Positions 1-6,852 of a DNA stretch of 60,443 nucleotides are shown here, piece after piece. Position 1 is the stretch's first letter; each line of letters starts with the position of its first letter. A model generated the notes under the pieces. That model worked only from the letters and a program-made list of their open reading frames with translations, was not told the origin of the DNA and searched no databases. The translations under genes were made by a program, and so were the position numbers. Source of the stretch: an uncultured Gemmatimonadota bacterium (lineage in GTDB: Bacteria; Gemmatimonadota; Gemmatimonadetes; Palauibacterales; KS3-K002); NCBI GenBank assembly GCA_964347815.1, contig CAYGAJ010000001.1, positions 1 through 60,443 of the forward strand, written 5' to 3'.

Positions 1-59
1 ACGAGACGTTCCGGCTCTACATCTCGCCGCTCGACCTCGAGCGCCACATGGAGCTTTAG
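1..59 (+). CDS. 3' end of an upstream CDS (partial, ...ETFRLYISPLDLERHMEL*), product unknown
   Basis: Open frame runs off the left edge and ends at TAG 57-59. That is only 6 nt before the ATG at 66, so it is probably co-transcribed with the two 2TM genes. Confidence 0.3.
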   Translation, partial: ETFRLYISPLDLERHMEL

Positions 60-65
60 GCGCCG

Positions 66-524
66 ATGGCGGCGCTCGAGACTAGCGCGGCGGAGCGCCA
101 CCCATCGCTGCGGGCGGAGATCGAGACGGCGGATCGCATCCTGGTGCCGGCGTTCGAGGATGCGGATCGGAAAGCGCTCGAGTACCAGCGCAAGTTTCGC
201 CGTGCCGAGCTGGCGGTGATCTACGGCAGCGTTCTCGCGGTCGCCTTGGGGCTGGCGGCGAGCGTGACGGGAGCGAACGCCTACAGCTTCGTCGAGCTGG
301 TCCTCACCGCCGGTCTCGGTTCCGTCGCCTTTGTCTCCAAGGGTCTCAAGTGGCAACGTCGCTGGCTACGCAGTCGCTGGCTGGCGGAGACGCTTCGCGG
401 CGAACGCCTGATGTTCATCGGCCAGTTGGGCGACTACGGCAATGCGGAAGACCCCGAGGTCGCGCTGCGGCGCCGTCTGGTCGATATCGAACGGGCGGCC
501 CGGGAGGGACAGAGCGATGGCTGA
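66..524 (+). CDS. SLATT/DUF4231-like two-transmembrane protein (152 aa)
   Basis: Soluble helical N-terminus (KALEYQRKFRR) followed by a hairpin of two hydrophobic helices (AELAVIYGSVLAVALGLAASVTG and FVELVLTAGLGSVAFVSKGL). Then a W/R-rich helix (WQRRWLRSRWLAETLRGE). Architecture recalled as typical of DUF4231/SLATT. Confidence 0.6.
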   Translation: MAALETSAAERHPSLRAEIETADRILVPAFEDADRKALEYQRKFRRAELAVIYGSVLAVALGLAASVTGANAYSFVELVLTAGLGSVAFVSKGLKWQRRWLRSRWLAETLRGERLMFIGQLGDYGNAEDPEVALRRRLVDIERAAREGQSDG

Positions 525-1011
525 GCGCGACCGCGACTTCCTGCGCTTCTACGAACAGGAGCGCGTCGAGGACCAGCTGAAGTACTATCGGCGCCAGGCC
601 GGCTGGCACGGCCGCCGTGACGACACGCTCCTCCTCATCAGCGGGATCCTGATGTTCGTCGCCGCTGTCGCCTCGGGCGTCTCGGCGTCGAACTGGGAGG
701 GGGTGGGGCCAGCGGTTCTCTGGAGCTCGGTGGCGGCGCTGGTGCCGGCGCTCGCCGCCGCCGTCGCCGCGACCCGGGCCCTGTACGAGCACGAGCGCAA
801 CCACCAGCGATTCGAGAACACGTTCCACGATCTCGAATATCTCAGGGCTTACAAGGCGCCGTCGGCGAAGCTGGCCGAGGCGGAGTACCGCACCGCGCTG
901 GAGGAGTACGTGGGCGAGGTCGAGGGCTTGCTCTCGCGCGAGCACCGGCAGTGGGTCGAGGTGATGACCCAGGTGCAGGCCGCCCAGGCGCCGGAGCCGC
1001 CCGGCGGCTAG
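517..1011 (+). CDS. Second SLATT/DUF4231-like two-transmembrane protein (164 aa from ATG 517)
   Basis: Internal ATG at 517 overlaps the upstream stop (ATGGCTGA). QLKYYRRQA helix, then two TM helices (TLLLISGILMFVAAVASGVSA and AVLWSSVAALVPALAAAVAAT), then a helical tail. The 442 start in the ORF track is rejected because its leader is Arg-rich. Confidence 0.6.
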   Translation: MAERDRDFLRFYEQERVEDQLKYYRRQAGWHGRRDDTLLLISGILMFVAAVASGVSASNWEGVGPAVLWSSVAALVPALAAAVAATRALYEHERNHQRFENTFHDLEYLRAYKAPSAKLAEAEYRTALEEYVGEVEGLLSREHRQWVEVMTQVQAAQAPEPPGG

Positions 1012-1023
1012 CCCGGGCGTGGC

Positions 1024-3243
1024 TCAGGACAAGAACCCGCCCAGCACGTCGCGCAGATTCGGGCCCGACCCCCGCAAGCTGTACGGCTGGACCCGCAGTT
1101 TGGCCAGGGCAGGGAACAGCCGGTCCACGGTGTCCTCCTGCCCGACGATCAACGTGTCACGACCCAGGCAGTGGGCGATCCCCAGCTCCAGCGCCACGTT
1201 CGCGTTGAAGCCCGTCAGGTCCACGACCACACGTGATGCCCGGCAAAGCTCGTCCCAGATCGAGCGGATGATCCGCGGATTCTTCACGGCGTCACCGCGG
1301 ACGTAATCGACGCCAGCCGCCTCACAGGCTTTGCGGGTGAGATCCATAACCTCGTCCGACCAGTCCATCCCGAATGGCATCACGTGAAAGCACCGGCGCG
1401 CGCCGGGCTCTGGGTAGCTTCCCGGCCAGGCGGGTCGCAGCGGCGCCGGTGCCTCGGGCCCGGAGAAGCCCAGCAGGTTGTCGATGAGATAGCGGACCTT
1501 GAGTGGATCGTCCGCCGCCTCACCGAGCAAGCCGATCGTGTGCTTGGCCTCCCAGCTCGCCTCGTCACCGCCCAGAACGCGCCGGGCATAGGCGATCGTC
1601 TCTGCGATCGACGAGTCGCCGCCGCCTCTCTGCTGCCCGTACAGCGCCTCGTCGAGCGCGTCGCTCAGACGCCGGACATCTTCACCGTCGCCGGCGAGGC
1701 GAACCGGCACGACATCGACGTCGAAGGGAAGGCGGCCCTGGCCAGGCGCGACGATCACGATGGAACGTCCAAGCGCGAGCCCGATACCAAGCTCGTAGCA
1801 TACGGCGGCTAATTCGGTCGCCTCGGCAGAAGTGAAATCGAAAACCGCGACGTTGCACCGGCGCAGTCCGTCCCACCGTTCCTGTGCGTAGTTCCGCTTC
1901 GTGCCGCCCGAAACCAGCTCGAGGCTACGGGCGCCGCACACCTCGGCCGCGAGCCGCTGCACGTCCGTCCCACCCGAGAAAAAGATCGCGTTGGCGTCTT
2001 GTGAGACCGGCGGCGCCGGCCAGATGGGATTGGCCAGGGTGAGGTGATGGCGCATGGCATAGTCGCGCGCGTCGAGGGCGAGCTTGCGAAGCGACTCGCG
2101 CTCGAGCGCGATGACCGCGTCGTCGTCGGCGCCGGCCTGGCGCAGGCTCGTTCCGGCTTGGGCCACGCGGACGAACAGGTTCTCCACGGTCTTGTGCTCG
2201 TCCTCCGCCTTGTGCGCGCGTCCCCCCTCGATGAATAGGAAGCGCTTGACGCCGGCCAAGAGCCGATCGACCCGCTCGGCCCGCGAGCCGCCCGGTGGCG
2301 CTTCACCCTCGTACGTCGGCCGGTCCACCGCGGTCGTCATGCGGCCCATCAGCTCCCGCACGCGCGCGACTCTGCTCATCATATCAGAGAGGTCGTCGGG
2401 TTTCTCCTTCATGACCTCTCCCAACTCCTCGAGGATCGGCTCCAGCGCCTCCTTGCGCTCCGGCGTGAACTCCCCGGCCCGGACCTTCTCGTTGAACAGC
2501 TTGAGCAACATCTCGTAGCCGGCCGTCAGCTCGTTCGATTCGGTCGGGGGAGCGGTGTCCTCGATCTCCATCGATTCCGGTCGCAGGATATCCGATTCGG
2601 CGGTCGTCTCTTCTTCGTCCGGCTCTGATATGCCCAGGCCCGTCGACCCTTCGAGCAGCTCGCGCACGGCCTCGCTGTCCCAATCGCCGGCGGTCACCGG
2701 CAGTGTTTTCGCGTAGCTCGTCAGGCCTCGAAAGGCGCGCTGGACGCTGGCCCGCTCCAGCGTCGCGTCGATGGCCGCGTCGAGCTGGCTGGCCTGGGGC
2801 TCCCCGATAAGTTGGCGGATGACGGCGTTTGCGGGGCCCAGGTCCAGCGGCAAGAGCGGGCGGCCCGTCCAGAGCCGGTAGGAATCCGAGATCGATTGCA
2901 GAAGCCGTTGCGCGAAATACGCATCGTCCATCAGGCCGATCAGCCCGAAGTGATCGAAGATGATATCGAGCGGCGAGACGAAGTACTGCTGGGCCGCCTC
3001 GAGAATCGGCATCGCGTAATGCGAGATACCGACCTGGTTGGCGGCGACGGCGCACGCGTCGAGCAGGTCGGGAACGTTCTCGATGTAGTCGCGGATAAAC
3101 CCGACGGTGCCGGCGATCTCCGATGGCGGCGGCCGATGCCCGTGTTGAGCGGCGGCCTGTCGGAGCATCTGCGCGGCGCTGCCCGAGAACTGTTCGTGCG
3201 CGATGGCCCGGGCGATCTGTTGACGGAGTACTTGCGTTTGCAT
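1024..3243 (-). CDS. Multidomain protein (739 aa): N-terminal DUF1232-like module, acidic helical linker, two tandem nucleoside-2-deoxyribosyltransferase/TIR-like domains
   Basis: ATG at 3243. The N-terminal ~170 aa align with the N-terminus of the neighbouring 3259-5235 product. YFVSPLDIIFDHFGLIGLMDDAYF resembles the DUF1232/YkvA signature. Two repeats are present: AIFFSGG...ELAAVCYELGIGLALGRSIVIV (aa ~418-520) and CFHVMPFG...FNANVALELGIAHCLGRDTLIV (aa ~617-725). Confidence 0.75.
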   Translation of the reverse strand: MQTQVLRQQIARAIAHEQFSGSAAQMLRQAAAQHGHRPPPSEIAGTVGFIRDYIENVPDLLDACAVAANQVGISHYAMPILEAAQQYFVSPLDIIFDHFGLIGLMDDAYFAQRLLQSISDSYRLWTGRPLLPLDLGPANAVIRQLIGEPQASQLDAAIDATLERASVQRAFRGLTSYAKTLPVTAGDWDSEAVRELLEGSTGLGISEPDEEETTAESDILRPESMEIEDTAPPTESNELTAGYEMLLKLFNEKVRAGEFTPERKEALEPILEELGEVMKEKPDDLSDMMSRVARVRELMGRMTTAVDRPTYEGEAPPGGSRAERVDRLLAGVKRFLFIEGGRAHKAEDEHKTVENLFVRVAQAGTSLRQAGADDDAVIALERESLRKLALDARDYAMRHHLTLANPIWPAPPVSQDANAIFFSGGTDVQRLAAEVCGARSLELVSGGTKRNYAQERWDGLRRCNVAVFDFTSAEATELAAVCYELGIGLALGRSIVIVAPGQGRLPFDVDVVPVRLAGDGEDVRRLSDALDEALYGQQRGGGDSSIAETIAYARRVLGGDEASWEAKHTIGLLGEAADDPLKVRYLIDNLLGFSGPEAPAPLRPAWPGSYPEPGARRCFHVMPFGMDWSDEVMDLTRKACEAAGVDYVRGDAVKNPRIIRSIWDELCRASRVVVDLTGFNANVALELGIAHCLGRDTLIVGQEDTVDRLFPALAKLRVQPYSLRGSGPNLRDVLGGFLS

Positions 3244-3258
3244 TGTGGGTTGCCGTCT

Positions 3259-5235
3259 CTAGGCTGGCGGTGCCGCCTCGATCAGCTCGAGCTCGGCTCC
3301 GCACGTGAGATGCCGCCTGCCGTTCCAGGTCTCGCCGTGTGTGGCGAATCGCTTGCCGCATTGAGGACAGCGGAGCCACCCATCGGGTCCGACCTCGACT
3401 TTGAGCCGCGGCATCAGATAAACGATCGTGTCGCTGAATTGCAGATCGGCGAGCTGCTCCGGTGGCGGCGGCGCCGGAGGCCCCTCGATGATCACCGGCA
3501 AGATCTCGGGTGGGTTTTCCTCATGGCCGTTCTTCCTCGTGACCGCATAGTCGATCTCGCGCCCAATCCACTCCGAATCACGTGCCGCGCTGGACCAGAA
3601 CAGAAAGAAGACGTCGGAGCGGTCGATGGCGCGATACAGCTCACGCTCCCAACGGTCACCGGGAGCCAGACTCAAGATGTCCTGGAAGAACTCGTATTTG
3701 AGTAGCTTCAACATCTGCACCCGCTTGAGGACCTCGGCTCGATCCTGCGATGCGTAAGAGACAAAGGCGTAGCGAAAGCGCTTTGCGGTTCCGGTTGGCG
3801 TAACCGATGAGTCCTCTGTGACCGCTGCGGGCTTCACCTCGATCTTGAAGTTGATCTTCCCGATGGGATCGCCGTCCTGCGAGATCAAGAGCTTGCCAAT
3901 CAGGGTCAGATTCGGTTCGGACGGTGCCCGGACCCCGAAACTCACCGACGCCGTCCGCCCCCGCCAGCGCAGGTCCTGGACGGTGTCATCGATCGTGGCC
4001 TCGGGAAGCTTCAGCTCGAAGCTGAGAAACGAGCCGCGGCGGATCTCGGTCCACAGCAGGGTGGTGCCGCGCCGACTCGCTTCGGCGTCGAATTCCGCGG
4101 CCATCTCGGCCGCCTCGGCGGCACCTTCGGGCAGGTGCGCGTAGGCCTGTATCAGAAATCGCTGGCTTGGACTTACCTGCGCCGGGGCGAACACGCTGAC
4201 GTCGACTTCGTCAGCCGGAGTGGATCCTCCGGCACCCGGGCCACCGCCGCTGTCTGAGTCGCCGGCGTCCAGCTCGCCGGCGGAGTGGAAAGCGTCGCCT
4301 GCATTCGACAGCGGGAAGAACAGAGCGCCAAGACAGCCGCTTCGGCTCGCGTGTGGCGGCGTCGCTTCCGGTTCTGTTGCGACGGGAGGAAGAGGCTCGC
4401 GTGAGCGCAGCAGGTCGCGCTCAGGCGGCGGCGCTTCCCGACGCAGTCGATCCAGCTCCAGCCGCCGCTGACGCTCGCGCTCGACGGATTCGTCGCTTGC
4501 CGGCGATGGCGCCGCGGCCGCCGGCGGTTCCGCAGCCTCGAGCGGGGGCGGCGCCGCCGAAGTCCGCTCGCCGCTGAGTGTCTCGAACAGGCGGACCGGC
4601 GCCAGACGCGCCTCGCGGTGGCCTCGGATATCGTCCACGCTCCAGACCGGGCCGGTGAGCGCGAGGAGCGCGGGTGGCGGGGCAATGTATTCCAGCTCGG
4701 CGTAGGCGGCGCATATCGTATCGCAGGCCTGCTGCAGCGCCGGCGCCTCCAGCGTGGTCTCGACCGCGGCTTCGATCGACGCCGCCAGCTCGGGTCCAAA
4801 AAGCTCTCGCGCGACAGCGTTCGCCGGGCCGAGGTCCAGCGAGATGAGTCGGCGACCGGTTCGCGCCGCGACGGCGTCGGATAGACGCTGCAGCAGACGA
4901 TAGGCAAAAAACGCCTCGTCGATCAGCTGAAGCAGCGGCTGCTCTTCGACCGCCGTGCCCGGTGGGGCGAAGTTCCGCTCGATCGTCGCCAGGATGGCCG
5001 CGACCTGATCCTCGATCCCGGCCGCTGCGGCCGCCCGCTGGCAGGAGTGCAGCAGAACCGGAATGTGCTGCACGTACGACCGGATGAAGGCAACCGTGCG
5101 CTGGATCTCGGCGTCGCTCAGCCCGAGACCTACGGCACGCGCTCTCTCGGACAAATGCGCGGCGGTCTCGCCCGTACGCTCGTCATGGGCGAGCCCCGCT
5201 TCGATCAGAGCCGCGGTTCTAGCGATCGCAGACAC
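3259..5235 (-). CDS. TIR-domain protein (658 aa): shared N-terminal module, Pro/Ala-rich linker, beta-rich domain, TIR domain, CxxC...C tail
   Basis: GTG start at 5235. TIR signature YAFVSYASQDRAEV...DVFFLFWSSAARDSEWIGREIDYA (aa ~486-605). C-terminal WLRCPQCGKRF...HLTCG looks like a Zn ribbon. It lies 15 nt upstream of the next gene and 30 nt downstream of the previous one. Confidence 0.8.
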   Translation of the reverse strand: MSAIARTAALIEAGLAHDERTGETAAHLSERARAVGLGLSDAEIQRTVAFIRSYVQHIPVLLHSCQRAAAAAGIEDQVAAILATIERNFAPPGTAVEEQPLLQLIDEAFFAYRLLQRLSDAVAARTGRRLISLDLGPANAVARELFGPELAASIEAAVETTLEAPALQQACDTICAAYAELEYIAPPPALLALTGPVWSVDDIRGHREARLAPVRLFETLSGERTSAAPPPLEAAEPPAAAAPSPASDESVERERQRRLELDRLRREAPPPERDLLRSREPLPPVATEPEATPPHASRSGCLGALFFPLSNAGDAFHSAGELDAGDSDSGGGPGAGGSTPADEVDVSVFAPAQVSPSQRFLIQAYAHLPEGAAEAAEMAAEFDAEASRRGTTLLWTEIRRGSFLSFELKLPEATIDDTVQDLRWRGRTASVSFGVRAPSEPNLTLIGKLLISQDGDPIGKINFKIEVKPAAVTEDSSVTPTGTAKRFRYAFVSYASQDRAEVLKRVQMLKLLKYEFFQDILSLAPGDRWERELYRAIDRSDVFFLFWSSAARDSEWIGREIDYAVTRKNGHEENPPEILPVIIEGPPAPPPPEQLADLQFSDTIVYLMPRLKVEVGPDGWLRCPQCGKRFATHGETWNGRRHLTCGAELELIEAAPPA

Positions 5236-5265
5236 GTCAGTGTTCCAGGCGATTCCGTGAGGGGC

Positions 5266-6660
5266 CTAGTCGGCTGCAGAACCGCGCAGATCGCGCTCGA
5301 TGTCGTCCGCCCAGTCCACGGTTTCACCTCGTTTCTGGCGGGCGTTGCGAATCAACTCCAGGTTACCGGCGGTCGATTTCATCTGCCAGCCGTGAGGCGA
5401 CTCCGCGAGTGCTTTGTCTGTCGCCTTTTCGGCGGCCTCACGGTCGTTCGCCAGGACCGCCAGTTCGAGAAGCGTCGCGTAATCCCAGTAGTCTGGTTCG
5501 CCGGTGGCCACGCGTCGCTCCGTGCTGTAAGCGACGACAGGGAGAATCTTTTCGCGCCGGGGGTCTGGCGGGTCTCGAATCTCCATCAGCGTGACCGCGT
5601 TGATGCCGGGATAGGCGTCGCGCCAATCCGCCTCGAAGCCGCGAACATAGGCGTCGATCGCCTTGTCCAGGAAGCCGCGGGCGAGACGCCCCTCGCCCGC
5701 CTCCAGCGCCGCCTTCCACCGGTCCTTGTAGACGCGACCGAGCAGACCGTAAGTTTCGCTGCTGGGCCCGCGCCGCTCGAGTAGCTTCAGCAGCACGCGC
5801 TCGGCTTCCTCGCCACGGCCGGCGCGATTGAGCGCGAAGGCCAGCTGCTCCTGAACCATCACGGTCTCCGCCAGCGGCGCGGACATCTCGTCGACGAGGG
5901 CGATCATCTCCTCCCAACCCTCGACGTCGCGATATGAGAGAAACAGATCGATCACGACGCCGGCCTCCGTGTCGCTGATCGTCCCCAGCGTCTTTTGGAC
6001 GGCCTGTAGCTCCTTGGGGCCCGACAGCTCCTTCCTCTTTTCCTCGTTGATCTCCTTTTTCTCCCGATCGAGCGTCTCCTTGTCTTTCTTCTTGGCCACG
6101 GCCAGCCGCTCCTTCGCTTCGCTCGAGTAGCGAACGCGATCGCGGAACACGTCGGTCCTGAGACGCGCGATGTCCGGCGGCTTCAGACCGTCAAGCAGCT
6201 GGAACAGCGGGCTGTCGGTTACCGCCTGTCGCGCATCACGCAGCTTTCCGGCCAAGGCCTTGCGAGTCTCGTCCACGTCGGCCGGCGTGCCGGTGGCGGT
6301 GAGCCGGTAGGGAAGGGCGCGCAGAGGCGCCACGTCGAACGGCAGCCGCGTGTTCTCCGAGAAGATGAGCACCGTGCTCCAGGGGCGGGCGGTGTGGCGA
6401 ACCCCCAGCTCGTAGAAGACGTTGGCGTTCGCCGTCGTCAAATCCGCCACCGCGTACTCGCACAGCAACAGCCGCTCGAACATCGCCTGATGGATGACGC
6501 CGCCGACAATCTCTTCGTCGGCGCGTACCGCCTCCAGATCGGCGTCCTCAATGGCCAGCCGGATCAAATCGCGATAAACGGCATCGAAGTCGATGAGCGA
6601 GCCGGCGGGATCAGGCTTCTTGCCGAACGGCATGAGGACGAAGCAGAGCGGGCGGGTCAC
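5266..6660 (-). CDS. Deoxyribosyltransferase/TIR-like N-terminal domain fused to a DUF4071 (TRAFs-binding-type) TPR-like domain (464 aa)
   Basis: GTG at 6660 lies 7 nt after GAGG and yields MTRPLCFVLMPFGKK...TTANANVFYELGVRHTARPWSTVLIF. A Lys/Glu-rich coil follows (KKKDKETLDREKKEINEEKRKE). The C-terminus YGLLGRVYKDRW...DAYPGINAVTL is recalled as DUF4071-like. The 742-aa ORF-track version is rejected because its 5' part is low-complexity and overlaps the TetR gene. Confidence 0.75.
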   Translation of the reverse strand: MTRPLCFVLMPFGKKPDPAGSLIDFDAVYRDLIRLAIEDADLEAVRADEEIVGGVIHQAMFERLLLCEYAVADLTTANANVFYELGVRHTARPWSTVLIFSENTRLPFDVAPLRALPYRLTATGTPADVDETRKALAGKLRDARQAVTDSPLFQLLDGLKPPDIARLRTDVFRDRVRYSSEAKERLAVAKKKDKETLDREKKEINEEKRKELSGPKELQAVQKTLGTISDTEAGVVIDLFLSYRDVEGWEEMIALVDEMSAPLAETVMVQEQLAFALNRAGRGEEAERVLLKLLERRGPSSETYGLLGRVYKDRWKAALEAGEGRLARGFLDKAIDAYVRGFEADWRDAYPGINAVTLMEIRDPPDPRREKILPVVAYSTERRVATGEPDYWDYATLLELAVLANDREAAEKATDKALAESPHGWQMKSTAGNLELIRNARQKRGETVDWADDIERDLRGSAAD

Positions 6661-6752
6661 GGGGTCACCTCGGCGCAAAGGTCGCTGCTGAGAAAGGCAC
6701 GAAGCCGTCGCGCGAAAGATAGGATAGCGCGGGTGGCGGCGGCAAAGGGACA

Positions 6753-6806
6753 GGGCCGGGCGGGTCGGGTAATTGAGAGGGAGGTTTGGGGAGTGGGAGG
6801 GGTGGG
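6753..6806 (+). other. Two adjacent G-quadruplex-type G-run motifs in the divergent intergenic region
   Basis: 6753-6769 reads GGGccGGGcGGGtcGGG. 6779-6806 reads GGGaggtttGGGGagtGGGaGGGGtGGG. Both were read directly from the + strand. Confidence 0.5.
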
Positions 6807-6818
6807 CGGAAGAGAGGA

Positions 6819-6846
6819 TTGACGGACAGTTTGAAGGGGGTATACT
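6819..6846 (+). promoter_or_regulatory. Sigma70-type promoter candidate for the TetR/efflux operon
   Basis: TTGACG (6819-6824), 16-nt spacer, TATACT (6841-6846). The annotated GTG start at 6853 is only 7 nt downstream, which implies a very short or absent leader. Confidence 0.4.
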
Positions 6847-6852
6847 AGGGGC

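Noticed and set aside
2384-3379. Long antisense or alternative-frame ORFs throughout the window, e.g. 2384-3379(-), 9962-10750(-), 34573-35766(-), 43921-44712(-), 54925-55938(-), 58773-59510(-), 46306-47250(+).
   Set aside because: Their translations are Arg/Pro/Ala/Gly-rich with no motifs, and they lie inside or opposite genes with clear domain signatures. These are typical shadow ORFs of GC-rich DNA.
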